This document shows, piece after piece, positions 37,844-51,692 of a DNA stretch of 64,000 nucleotides. Each line of letters begins with the position of its first letter. Positions within the stretch are counted from its first letter, which is position 1. A program made the translations under genes and the position numbers. The stretch comes from Eledone cirrhosa (Eukaryota), in the NCBI GenBank assembly GCA_964016885.1, contig OZ024740.1, forward strand, positions 253,146,001 through 253,210,000. The letters are read 5' to 3'. The notes under the pieces were generated by a model. It worked only from the letters and a program-made list of their open reading frames with translations, did no database searches and was not told the origin of the DNA.

Positions 37844-40800
37844 TCGAGTGGGTTAATCGGCCGGGTGCACCGAAAACGATAAACGGAAAAAATGAAACGA
37901 TATTTCATTTCCCACTCTTAGTACGGCTGTTACTTAAATATAAGTAATGTACACGTACATACATATATGTATACCGACGTACAGTAGTATGTATATATAT
38001 ATATATACATACATGCACACATATATATATGCACGTATGGATTCACCGAACATTTATTATAATGCTCGGTGTGTTTGTAAACAAACATCCCGTATTAAAG
38101 CCGTAGTGTCTAGCAACCACCGTTGCTCGTTTGTTCAACACTGACAAAGGAACGCTGTACTAGTTTCAAGCTTGTTAGCTATCGTCAGCAACGGTATACC
38201 TTCCTGCCAGATTGTTGAACGTATATACTTACCTTATGCATATTAACGGCTGAGTAGCCCAATATGCATATCGAGTGGGTTAATCGGCCGGGTGCACCGA
38301 AAACGATAAACGGAAAAAATGAAACGATATTTCATTTCCCACTCTTAGTACGGCTGTTACTTAAATATAAGTATGTACACGTACATACATATATGTATAC
38401 CGACGTACAGTAGTATGTATATATATATATATATACATACATGCACACATATATATATGCACGTATGGATTCACCGAACATTTATTATAATGCTCGGTGT
38501 GTTTGTAAACAAACATCCCGTATTAAGCCGTAGTGTCTAGCAACCACCGTTGCTCGTTTGTTCAACACTGACAAAGGAACGCTGTACTAGTTTCAAGCTT
38601 GTTAGCTATCGTCAGCAACGTATACCTTCCTGCCAGATTGTTGAACGTATATACTTACCTTATGCATATTAACGGCTGAGTAGCCCAATATGCATATCGA
38701 GTGGTGGGTTAATCGGCCGGGTGCACCGAAAACGATAAACGGAAAAAATGAAACGATATTTCATTTCCCACTCTTAGTACGGCTGTTACTTAAATATAAG
38801 TATGTACACGTACATACATATATGTATACCGACGTACAGTAGTATGTATATATATATATATACATACATGCACACATATATATATGCACGTATGGATTCA
38901 CCGAACATTTATTATAATGCTCGGTGTGTTTGTAAACAAACATCCCGTATTAAGCCGTAGTGTCTAGCAACCACCGTTGCTCGTTTGTTCAACACTGACA
39001 AAGGAACGCTGTACTAGTTTCAAGCTTGTTAGCTATCGTCAGCAACGTATACCTTCCTGCCAGATTGTTGAACGTATATACTTACCTTATGCATATTAAC
39101 GGCTGAGTAGCCCAATATGCATATCGAGTGGGTTAATCGGCCGGGTGCACCGAAAACGATAAACGGAAAAAATGAAACGATATTTCATTTCCCACTCTTA
39201 GTACGGCTGTTACTTAAATATAAGTATGTACACGTACATACATATATGTATACCGACGTACAGTAGTATGTATATATATATATATACATACATGCACACA
39301 TATATATATGCACGTATGGATTCACCGAACATTTATTATAATGCTCGGTGTGTTTGTAAACAAACATCCCGTATTAAGCCGTAGTGTCTAGCAACCACCG
39401 TTGCTCGTTTGTTCAACACTGACAAAGGAACGCTGTACTAGTTTCAAGCTTGTTAGCTATCGTCAGCAACGTATACCTTCCTGCCAGATTGTTGAACGTA
39501 TATACTTACCTTATGCATATTAACGGCTGAGTAGCCCAATATGCATATCGAGTGGGTTAATCGGCCGGGTGCACCGAAAACGATAAACGGAAAAAATGAA
39601 ACGATATTTCATTTCCCACTCTTAGTACGGCTGTTACTTAAATATAAGTATGTACACGTACATACATATATGTATACCGACGTAACAGTTAGTATGTATA
39701 TATATATATATACATACATGCACACATATATATATGCACGTATGGATTCAACCGAACATTTATTATAATGCTCGGTGTGTTTGTAAACAAACATCCCGTA
39801 TTAAGCCGTAGTGTCCTAGCAACCACCGTTGCTCGTTTGTTCAACACTGACAAAGGAACGCTGTACTAGTTTCAAGCTTGTTAGCTATCGTCAGCAACGT
39901 ATACCTTCCTGCCAGATTGTTGAACGTATATACTTACCTTATGCATATTAACGGCTGAGTAGCCCAATATGCATATCGAGTGGGTAATCGGCCGGGGTGC
40001 ACCGGAAAACGATAAACGGAAAAAATGAAACGATATTTCATTTCCCACTCTTAGTACGGCTGTTACTTAAATATAAGTATGTACACGTACATACATATAT
40101 GTATACCGACGTACAGTAGTATGTATATATATATATATACATACATGCACACATATATATATGCACGTATGGATTCACCGAACATTTATTATAATGCTCG
40201 GTGTGTTTGTAAACAAACATCCCGTATTAAGCCGTAGTGTCTAGCAACCACCGTTGCTCGTTTGTTCAACACTGACAAAGGAACGCTGTACTAGTTTCAA
40301 GCTTGTTAGCTATCGTCAGCAACGTATACCTTCCTGCCAGATTGTTGAACGTATATACTTACCTTATGCATATTAACGGCTGAGTAGCCCAATATGCATA
40401 TCGAGTGGGGTTAATCGGCCCGGGTGCACCGAAAACGATAAACGGAAAAAAATGAAACGATATTTCATTTCCCACTCTTAGTACGGCTGTTACTTAAATA
40501 TAAGTATGTACACGTACATACATATATGTATACCGACGTACAGTAGTATGTATATATATATATATACATACATGCACACATATATATATGCACGTATGGA
40601 TTCACCGAACATTTATTATAATGCTCGGTGTGTTTGTAAACAAACATCCCGTATTAAGCCGTAGTGTCTAGCATACCACCGTTGCTCGTTTGTTCAACAC
40701 TGACAAAGGAACGCTTGTACTAGTTTCAAGCTTGTTAGCTATCGTCAGCAACGTATACCCTTCCTGCCAGATTGTTGAACGTATATACTTACCTTATGCA

Positions 40801-41486
40801 TATTAACGGCTGAGTAGCCCAATATGCATATCGAGTGGGTTAATCGGCCCGGGTGCACCGAAAACGATAAACGGAAAAAAATGAAAACGATATTTCATTT
40901 CCCACTCTTAGTACGGCTGTTACTTAAATATAAGTATGTACACGTACATACATATATGTATACCGACACGTACAGTAGTAATGTATATATATATATATAC
41001 ATAACATGCACACATATATATATGCACGTATGGATTCACCGAACATTTATTATAATGCTCGGTGTGTTTGTAAACAAACATCCAGTATTTAAGCCGTAGT
41101 GTCTAGCAACCACCCGTTTGCTCGTTTGTTCAACACTGACAAAGGAACGCTGTACTAGTTTCAAGCTTGTTAGCTATCGTCAGCAACGTATACCTTCCTG
41201 CCAGATTGTTGAACGTATATACTTACCTTATGCATATTAACGGCTGAGTAGCCCCAATATGCATATCGAGTGGGTTAATCGGCCGGGGTGCACCGAAAAC
41301 GATAAACGGAAAAAAATGAAACGATATTTCATTTCCCACTCTTAGTACGGCTGTTACTTAAATATAAGTATGTACACGTACATACATATATGTATACCCG
41401 ACGTACAGTAGTATGTATATATATATATATATACATACATGCACACATATATATATGCACGTATGGATTCACCGAACATTTATTAT
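37844..41486 (-). repeat. 424-bp HHR satellite, block 3 (~8.5 units, 8 HHRs), many 1-nt insertions
   Basis: Same orientation as block 1; ends in a (TA)n tract. Confidence 0.95.
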
Positions 41487-41799
41487 ATATATATATATAT
41501 ATATAATATTATAAAGCTGAGTGTCGTGTGTATGTATTATGTATGTAACCTACACACTTCCCTATAGTTTCTTAGCTTTACTCTCTCCGTCGCTCTTCCC
41601 TCTCTCTAATAATAGATCATTCCCCTCTCTATAATTTAACTGCTTTACTCTCTCTGTCGGTCTTCACTCCGTCGTTCTTTCCTCTCTCTATAATCACACA
41701 CACATCTACAGAGAGAGAGACATAATATCAGAGGGAGGGGAAAAAGAGAGAGATAGGCCGTTAGGACAGAGACAGATACAATTAAAGTATTAGTTATTC

Positions 41800-41837
<38 letters not shown>

Positions 41838-42294
41838 GGGGGGACCGTGTCATCGCTCGCATAAGTAACACAAACACACATACCCCCCCCCCCCCCACAC
41901 ACACAAATACACATACTTTCACACCTGATTTCGCCAATTGCCGGATAACATCAAAACAAATCACACTGACACACACATGCACATATACACATACACAAAC
42001 ACACATACACAAACACACATAGACAAACACACACACACATATCTATACTTATAAAGCTGGCGGTCATATATATGTATGTATGTATGTTCTTCTGGTTTTA
42101 TTATTTCACAAAGTTTTAACAATTGAGAGAGAGTCGGTTTCTAGCATAGACACATGAACTAGGTAGATATGTATGTATGCATGTATGTCTGCATGTGTAG
42201 ATATGGATGTTATTGTATGTGTGTATGTGTATGTTTTGAGTTGTATGTGTGCATATATATATGCTTTGCATCTGTACATGTGTATATGCAGTTA

Positions 42295-45200
42295 TTAGAT
42301 GCAAAATGTTTGGAATGTTTTACATATTTTTACTGTTCCATTAATGGATTGTACTTGTAATTTCCTAACTAGCTGTGTTCTTTCTGTTCCTGTGAAGCCT
42401 AGCTTCTCAAGATTTGTACTGAGGCAGTTACTAACATACCCCAGTGCCCCAATAATCACAGGCATAAATCTGAAGGTAAAATCAGGGTGGAGTATCTGCA
42501 GATTTCTCATCAGTTCTGTATAAATATTCTCCTTTTCACTAATCTTTGATATTATATTGGCATCTGCTGGGCAGCTAATTTCCACTACTGTGCATGCTTT
42601 CTTCTCCCTGTCCAATATCATAATATTTGGTCTGTTATGCCTGCATTTTATTGGGGTTTTTACTGGAACATTCCACCAGTACTCTTTCATATTATGTACA
42701 TGGATGTCTTCCACATTGCTGTAGCTTTTAATATGTTTATTATCGGGGCTATCTTTTTTACGAACTGCACTGTACAGTGTTTTGGCCACTACATCATGCC
42801 TCATAGGTAGATAGTACCGCGATGACATCTTTGGACAGCTGCTGATGACATGGGTGATATCCTCGATGTTAGCTCTGCAGAGTCTGCACTTGTTATCACA
42901 TCTAGGTGTTTTGCCTGCACCCCTATCTCTTTTGTGAATCAGGTATTTCGTGCTAATCTCCTGTTCTTGGATTGCAAAAGCGTATCCTTCAAAGTGGGAG
43001 CCAATATAGCGGTTGTTGGTCCAAGATAGACTACTTTCCTTATCTATATTACTCTCACTCTGGAGCTTCCTGGCAACATATCCATGCATGATTTTTTGCT
43101 GATAAGCATGCAGTTTTTCATCCATGGATTCACTGCGATACTGCTGAACGACTTCCCTGGGTGTGAGTTTTTGATTATCACACAGGGAATATCTCTCGAG
43201 GAGTTCCTTCCCAACTCTCATTCATGATCTTATCTGTTTCATGCAGATAGACTTGCTCGAGAAACAGGCTCCTACGCTTCGAGGTTCGTAGATGTTGTCG
43301 GAGAGATATGATGCGACATTCAAATGTTGTCTGGACTGATGTTAGGCCTCTGCCTCCCTGCTTACGTTTCAAATAAGGGCGGTCTATGTCACTGTTGATG
43401 TGGAAGTTTCCGGTGTTGTTTAGTATTTTTCGAGTTCCAACATCAACTGCTCGGATTTCGTCTATCGTCCAATTGAGTATTCCAAACGTTGGTGTTAGGA
43501 CAGGCACAGCAAACACATTGTGAGCCACTGTTTTGTTTTGCGCAGAGAGTTCCGATGACCAGATCTTTCTTAATCGGGTGTAGTATTCCCTGGTTACGCG
43601 TTCTTTATTACAGATACCATTATAGGTTATGTTCTCATCTATCCCCAGGTATTTGTAGCAGTCCTCATCAGATATCGGTGAAACAGTTAGGCCATTGATG
43701 ACAATGTTGCTAGATTGGGTTGTTGTTTTTCTCCGCTTTACAGTCATGTATGAGCATTTATCTTGGCCAAACTCCATTCCTATATCCTTTGAGAACGTTG
43801 TAACCAGGTCAAGATTTTTCTTCATCCCATCCATGTTCTTGGCATAGAGTTTCAGATCGTCCACAAAGAAATTATGGGTTAGGTTCGTATTTCTGTCCTT
43901 CTGTGAGCCAATGATGTATCCCTCACATTTATTGAGCAGAAAGGACAGGGGGTTTAATGACAAGATGAATAATATCACAGAGAGACTGTCCCCCTGAAAT
44001 ATACCCCTGCAATATTTTATTTTATCAGTGAAAATAGAGTCCTCCCTCTCTGTCGTTAACCTTAGGATAGTAGCCCAGGAAGAAGACAGCCTCTCTATGG
44101 CTCTGACAATAATGTCTGGGACTTTAGCAAGTTGGAGAGCCTCTATCATCCAAGAGTGGGGAACAGAATCGAAAGCTTTCCTGTAGTCCAGCCAGACTGT
44201 AGCCAGACTCCTCCTAAGTTGTCGCACCTCCGACATCGCAGTTTTGTTGATTAGGAGTTGTTCAGCACATCCCCAAACCCCTTTCTTTCTAGCTGCTTGT
44301 TCATCTGTGATGATATTATTATTTTCACAGTGATCTTGGAGGAATAGGTTTAGGCAGGCTGTATACATCTTATACATCTGGCATGCAATGGGGTCGGTAG
44401 TTTTTTGCCAAGTGGGTGTCTTTGCTTTTGGGGACCAGTAATGTTTGTGCCATTCTGGTATAAGTGTATCTTCCTTAAGAACTTGTTGGTAGGGGTCAGT
44501 AATGACCCCTCCGATAGAATATCAGTTTTTTTGTACCAGAAGCCGACAATCATGTCTCTTCCTGGTGTTTTCTTATCTTGGAGTTTTCCTATCACAGTCT
44601 CACTTATTTCGTATGTTTCTGTTATAGTGTAGGAGCAATAGTTCTTTCGGATTTCTCTTAGCCACACTGCATCTTGATTGAAATTCTTCTTTTCACCCCA
44701 TATTTTGCTCCAAAAGGAATCTATGTCTTTCTGGGATGGAGCCTCAGTGACACTTATTATTTTGCTCTTCATATCTCTATAGACTGATGTTTGGTTTCGT
44801 CTGAATCTTTTATTAAGCACTTTTCTCTCATCTACTTTCTTCAGGTATCGGCGTTTTTCGCTAACAGCTCTCAATTTTTGTTTGAGGGTGATCAGCTTAT
44901 ATTGGAGAGTTCTGGTTCTACTGTTACCAAACATCGTCTCTATTTTATTTTTCATTCTTTGTTGGTGAGGAGTGAGGTTTTTTGTGTTTGTTTGCATGTA
45001 AGGAGCATTGTCACATATCCTATGTTTTTTCGTAAGTCAGCAATCTTTTTTTCTATTTTAGTTATATACTAGCATTAAAGTCCGGCGTTGCTCGGAGTCA
45101 TTAAGTTACCAAAGTTAGGTTGCACCACCCATTTTATGGTAGCACTTTTTTGTCTGCCAGGCACTGGGTGAATGAAATGCAGACCTGGAAGCAGGAGCTG

Positions 45201-47200
45201 CGCCAGCAGTGACAATTGTAGTTTCGCCTATGGATGTGCAAAAAAGTGCAAAAAAGTGCAAAAAAGTGCAAAAAAGTGCAAAAAAGTGCAAAAAAGTGCA
45301 AAAAAGTGTTGAAATTTATTGTTTCACAGTACTTGCGCAACACGCGCGTAGACGATACCAGCCGAACAACAGAGCTGCGATGGAGTTGTTCTGCATAGTT
45401 GTCTGTGTGTTTTCTAAATTTAAGACAGTAGGGGGGGTTGTGATATGAGGGAGAGTTAGCTGTTGTTTCTAGCAGGTTTAGTGACCTCATAGAGGATATG
45501 TGTTTTCTAAATTTAAGACAGTAGGGAGTGGTGTGATATGGGGGAGAGTTAGCTGCTGTTTCTAGCAGGTTTAGTAACCTCATAGAGGATATGTGTTTTC
45601 TAAATTTAAGACAGTAGGGAGTGGTGTGATATGGGGGAGAGTTAGCTGCTGTTTCTAGCAGGTTTAGTGACCTCATAGAAGATATGTTTTCTAAATTTAA
45701 GACATTAGGGAGGGGTGTGGTATGGGGGAGAGTTAGCTGCTGTTTCTAGCAGGTTTAGTGACCTCATAGAGGATATTATTGTTTATCATTATCTATAAAA
45801 GGCAGATTGTTGTTGTTGTTGAAGTGAGTGTGTGTTTGTATGCATTTGGAAAAGAGGTTTTAAAAAAGATTTATCGCTTGTTGTTGAATAAATGCATCTG
45901 TATAAAAGAGAAAGTAGCAAAATGTGTGGGTTGTAGTTAGAGGAAAGCAGATGATATGAAAGAGTAAAACGGACAGTATCACCATCAAGCTTGGAAAGAG
46001 AAAGTAGCAGAAAGTATGAAGTTGTATAGATTTTGAATGGTAGTGGAAAGAGTTTAGCAGTTTAAATGACAGAGAAAAATCGTAAAATATTGAGTTTTAT
46101 CTATTTTTTTGCGTAATTGTGGGTGAAATTGAAAAAATTATATGTGCCAAGACGCAATCGAAGCTATTTCGAATACTGAATTGTAAATTTCAATTGAAGA
46201 AATTCTATATCGTAGATTTCTATAAGAAAGGAGCTTTATAGATTATGATGATGGTATTTTTGGTGGTGTTCTGTTCTTGTTAATATCTCTGCTATCACCA
46301 AGATAATGCTTCACTGTCGTTGCTAAGGCATATAAACAGGCGTTGATTTACCAAAATGTTGGGGTTTTTATCCGTCGTAAATATTCATCCCCTATTTCGT
46401 CAATAACACGTAATATTTCATTATTTGTTTTTTTATTAAACATTGTCGTTTTAATACGTTCAGCAACAGAGATATTTCTCTCTGGAAGATTTCGTTGAGG
46501 GAAATTGTCAATTGTTTGTACTTTTGATTATTATCATTATCGATAGTATTTTCCACAACAGTCGAGATAGATTCGGATGGTACACGTGGTGTCAAATTTC
46601 TTCGATTATTATTATTATCGATAGTGTTTTCCCCAGCATTCGAGGTAGACTTAGATGGTACAGGTGGTGTCAAGTTTCTTACAGGCATAGTTGTTTCAAG
46701 GCGCTGTTCGACCTGGCTGCTAGGAAGTCTAGTAGCATGGCGACCTGTAGCACGTGTTGTTGATAACATGTTTGTTGTGAGGGACTTACAATTAATAATA
46801 TTTATCTTATTTTTACGTTCAACAAACGTCGCTTGTTGGCGTAATTGTTTCGCTGTGAAATAATTTAGCTCTGGGTGTATTTCGTCCCAGTGTAGCTTCA
46901 TTCTGTTCATATAGCCAATGGAGGGATTGTTTTTTGCCATTTTATAACAATTAAATAAATCATTATTAAGTTCGCAACTCCAAGAGAAATGCGATTTATA
47001 ATTTCGGTTTCTTCTGTAGCTACAACTGAATAAAGTTTGTTTACCTTCCTTGTTATTTGTCTTCGGTACTTCCTTAATTTTGTTGTTGATGTTGTGTTCA
47101 GCCAAGCTGTTTGTAGCAAATCCTTGTAAAATGAATTATGTATTTAGTCGGATATCTCTACGAATTCGAATAATAGGTGTCTTCAGAAGATATAGTTAGA
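42295..47200 (-). mobile_element. R4/Dong-like non-LTR retrotransposon (RT, CCHC, RLE), frameshifted and interrupted
   Basis: WLDYRKAFDSVPH, GIFQGDSLS, FFVDDLKLY, YKYLG, GGRGL, CRLC..THVISSC, RHD, HNRPN..D..VEISCP, KENIY. Confidence 0.9.
45069..46242 (-). mobile_element. Non-autonomous Helitron-like insertion in the R4 element, with internal tandem repeats
   Basis: Minus strand starts TCTATAAAG and ends with a short hairpin plus CTAG; contains (AAAAAGTGCA)x~7 and four ~93-bp units (45407-45775). Confidence 0.65.
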
Positions 47201-47317
47201 AGAATAACCAGTTATTCAACATGACTGTAGTTGTGGCATTACTGTCGGAGATAGTATTCATCTTAAATTTAATAAATAGTCTCCCACGCCAAAATATGCG
47301 ACTGATCGCGTTGACTG

Positions 47318-47349
<32 letters not shown>

Positions 47350-47531
47350 TGTATGTATGTATATTAACAACACAGCTTAACTCTTCTTTTTAAACTCATT
47401 TCTACGGTAGCTCCTCCCCTTTGCTACGAAGTCGGATAGACAATATGACACGGGAGCGTGTGTGGTATCTTTGCAGTGGAGTGGTGGGGGCAGGTATACC
47501 TAAGCCGGGCGCCAGCCGAACGGGCCAGATA

Positions 47532-47619
<88 letters not shown>

Positions 47620-47843
47620 GAATATATATAGGAAAATCTGCTTCGTAGAATCGAGTCATATCCGAGGACCGCGCGATTTCAGAGTCAGGTTTTATCACCA
47701 CATCGATCGTGCCTCGAGCTGGTCGCCCGAGAAACAATTGTAATATGTCCAATAAATTCCTTTCGTCGCAACATTGATTATCTTTTTTCTGTGATATGTA
47801 TATATATACACACACACACATATATATATGTATATATACATAT

Positions 47844-47926
<83 letters not shown>

Positions 47927-47927
<1 letters not shown>

Positions 47928-48178
47928 TATATAAATGGCAATTTCTGTCTGTGTGTAACCAGTTGGCGTCTAAACCATTGATCCGATCTTGATGAAACTT
48001 TACACACATGTTAAGCTAATATTCAGAAACAGCTTATTGTATTTCAATAATGGAACCCCTGGGGACATTAAACACCCCTCCCACTACTCCCCTTTCTCCT
48101 CCCACAACTCAGTCCTCCAAAACGAGGCAATAACTTATTTGTTTTTTGTTCTTCATTCTGTAGAAAAAGAGAGGGGAT

Positions 48179-48212
<34 letters not shown>

Positions 48213-48943
48213 TAGAGAGAAAGAAAGAGAGTAAAAGAGAGAGAGAGAGAGAGAAAGAGAGTAAAAGATTAGGGAAGAGAGAAAAAGAAAACAAAACTGA
48301 TAGCATAGTTCGATAACTAACTTTTATTTATTTATTTTTTTAATGCTTCTTAAGTAACGCCTTTCTTAACGTTACTTCTCAGTCTCTCACTAATTCCTAA
48401 AAGTCGTAATGACACTGTGTGTGTATGTGAGCGTGTGTGTCTCGGCGTTCTTAAATTAGAGAAAGTATGTATGTGTGTTTATCACCATACTTAAGTTAGA
48501 GACATATATCCCAGTCTACTGTCTCATGTATGTATATATATTTGAAGCAATTCTTTTATTTTATTTTATTTTATTTTATTTATGCTTTTTAAAATAGCCT
48601 TCACATTTTGTTTGAATTTCAGAGGTTCTGATTGTGCAAAAAAAAAAAAGGATAAATAAAATTTAAATTTATTTTTTTGGTATTGCCCTTTTCACTGACA
48701 ACATACTTAATGATTCTTCCAAGTGCGAAACATTATATATGCTGACTGTAATAGGGGGCAGTATTAAAAAATCACCATTGAACAAAACTAATAATATTTT
48801 TATCTACATGATTTGTTTTAAACAAACGGCAATAAATATTCTGCTATAATTCCTACTTTAGTTAAAATTCAGCAATCATATTTCAATGGTCAAATATTGT
48901 AACTTTAATAAAATACCCGGGAATCACCGGGTAGCTCAGCTAG
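47927..48943 (+). mobile_element. Non-autonomous Helitron-like element
   Basis: Starts CTATATAAA in a TA tract; ends ACCCGG-GAATCA-CCGGGT hairpin then CTAG/T. Confidence 0.65.
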
Positions 48944-48948
48944 TATAC

Positions 48949-49001
<53 letters not shown>

Positions 49002-49029
49002 AAAATGTGGAGAGGAAGCACACGAGTTA

Positions 49030-49121
<92 letters not shown>

Positions 49122-49728
49122 AAGGGAGAGAAAGACGATTATTAGGAAGAAAAATATATTTTTTTCCCTTTTTATTTCTTTCTCTCTTTTTTCTGGGTTA
49201 GAAAATGATTAAAACAAAATATTTTACTTTGTGTGAAGTGTTAAGGTATTAGTTGATTTATTTATTAATTAACAATGGCATTTATTTATATATTTAATAA
49301 TTGTCTATTACCGGTTTCAGCATTTTTATGCATTATATGTATTGGTGTAGAATGGTGGTGTTGGACATGTTAAGGAAATGGTGCAGAAAGAATAATGTTA
49401 TTTACAAACAAGGTTTACGAAGTGAAAAGAAAAAAGAAAAAAGGAGCGTAATGTGGAGCATAATAAGTCAATGTGAAAGAAAAAATAATTGTATTTACAG
49501 GAATAGTTCTTGAAGATAAGCAGATCAAAATGTGTTAATATAACAAGAGTGCTTAGTTGATCCATGATGGAGGCAAATGGTGGACTGGGTTTGATATGAT
49601 TTAGGGGGAGGTAATTCATGCTGGATGATATTTAATTTATTTAAGAAAAAAGATTAGGTAGGGTGTGAGGGAGGTAACTCTTTAGAGAGACATAGGTATT
49701 TGTAAATGTTTGATTGTTCGTTTCAGTT

Positions 49729-50417
49729 TTAGTTTAGTCCGAAGTTTAGTCCATTAAGTAGAGGTTGGAATTTGTTAATAAAGTACGTTTCCTTATTGGT
49801 ACGATGGATGAAAGTGGCGTTGTCTATGAATTTGTAAATGGGGAAAATTTTAAAGTTTGGATGTTGGTTGGGTGCACAATTGGCGATATGTTCACTAAAT
49901 GCAATCTTTCTGTTTTCCTGTATTTTGATTCGTGATTTATGGACGGTCATACGTTGTCGGAGGCTGTTTTTTGTCTGTCCTATGTGGTGCTCTTGATAAC
50001 CTGAGCAGGTCAAAACATAGATTAGATGCACATGTAAAGTTGTGTTTAACTGTGAAATGTTGTCCTTTTTTAAAATGGAATGTTGAACCTTCTATTAGAT
50101 TTATGCATATGCCACAGGAACATCCATGAACTCAGACACCCCAACTCCAGGAATGAACCGCAACAGAAAACTCTACCATACATCTCCACACACAACTCCC
50201 TTAACAATGAGGCATTCGACACCATCCCCCAGAACATTCCTTTACTAAAAAGAGACCCAAGAATGAACAAAATCCTCCAAACACACAACATCATAAAGAG
50301 CAAAAGACAACCTAAATCCATAAAAAACATCCTCACACAAGCCAAAATCAAACAAACCCTCACAATGAACCCTACAGTAACAAAATGCAGAAGGCCCAAC
50401 TGTGGCATATGCATAAT
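49729..50417. mobile_element. Penelope C-terminal fragment (Cys linker plus GIY-YIG) split by an inversion
   Basis: Plus strand ..SKRQPKSIKNIL..KCRRPNCGIC continues on the minus strand as ..LIYVLTCSG..HIGQT..RQRM; related to 12560-13060. Confidence 0.85.
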
Positions 50418-50434
50418 CGTCTTTCTCTCCCTGT

Positions 50435-50479
<45 letters not shown>

Positions 50480-50484
<5 letters not shown>

Positions 50485-50955
50485 TCATCATTTAACGTCC
50501 ATCTGTTTCTGGCAGGTTTTCTATGGCTGGATGCCCTTGCTAACACCAACCACATTTACAGTGTGGATTGGGAGCCTTTTTACAGCGTGGACTGGGTGCT
50601 TTTTGTCATGTAGGTGACACAGGCACTCTACAGTGGATGGGAATGGGAGGATGGAGTAGGGGGCGTCGTTTGGGGTGTATATTGGGTTAAGAGGTTTCTA
50701 CTGACTGTAGGTTTAAATTTGTATGCATGGGAAGTCGGGTCTTCTGTATAACTGCATAGCACCAAAGATCTCGATCCAGTGACATTGTCTTAGAGAGGTG
50801 TAAGTGAGAAAGGTCACTCTGCACTTTTTAATACAATTGTTGTCCTTCATATGCATCACATGTCCATACCAATGCACACAACATTTGATACCTCTTATGC
50901 TTAGTCTCTCTCTCAATTCGTTTCTGCTTTGCCTTTCACGTACATTACTACTACA
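50480..50955 (-). mobile_element. RTE LINE 3' remnant with deletions
   Basis: IRGIKCC..WYGHVMHMKD..CIKKC plus a UTR like 14955-15430. Confidence 0.8.
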
Positions 50956-51635
50956 CGTGTCTATATATATTTTTTTATATTGCTCTGATTAATAATTATT
51001 TAATTAATTCTTCATTGAGCCCCACCGTGAATGGTTGCCAAACACATATATGTATCTATGACTTTGTCTAATTTATATATATATACCTTTTGAATTTAAT
51101 ATAGGTTGAGTAAAACTTTCGGCAGTATTCGGCTGCGTTTTCTAGCAACCAGCCTACTCACCGATAGGCACCAATCACAAACTTTCTGCCTTGACCACTG
51201 GCCACGTGATGGTTCTTAGCCATTTGAATTCATTTCTGGTGGGGATATGGTAGAAGAATCTTAGTCCAGTCTGAGGTATCTCCTGATGAGTTCCGAGCCT
51301 CGTGGATTTATCCAAGACTGGGTATATAAAAAAAGTGAAACGAAACCGGCAGTTGATAGAGACTATTAGAATTCTGGTAAAATTGATGTGCATTTTTTCT
51401 TCTAACTTCGATTTTGTACCTAATTCCATGTAGTTAACTATTTGTCTAGTCAATTTATACAGGCTAGAAAAAATGTTTGGAAGTGTCATATGGCTGTACA
51501 TCGTGGAAAAGAATCTGTATCATAAGTATATTTTAAACTTATAGCCTCGTTTAAATGATTTTTTGTGTGGTTAATTTATACTGATTGGGAGAGGAAATAC
51601 TGTATATATTTTATCTAATGATTCTTTGGACTTAC

Positions 51636-51692
<57 letters not shown>

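Noticed and set aside
25819-40647. Repeated 60-aa ORF MFVYKHTEHY... as a tandem gene family
   Set aside because: It runs through TA/CA microsatellite, is broken by 2-nt slips in several units, and is not conserved in the 460-bp family, whereas the RNA structure is.
25797-41486. CRISPR array, or 5S/snRNA/spliced-leader tandem genes
   Set aside because: No unique spacers or cas genes, eukaryotic context, and no recognisable 5S, U snRNA or tRNA sequence in the unit.
37844-41486. Edge-divergence gradient of the satellite
   Set aside because: Differences are mostly single-base, often homopolymer, insertions, typical of low-coverage long-read error.
45134-45676. 180-aa repeat protein
   Set aside because: A product of 93-bp and 10-bp tandem repeats inside a non-autonomous element.
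47640-47790. Possible hammerhead near GAGAAACAATTGTA
   Set aside because: No CUGANGA core upstream and no convincing stem I.
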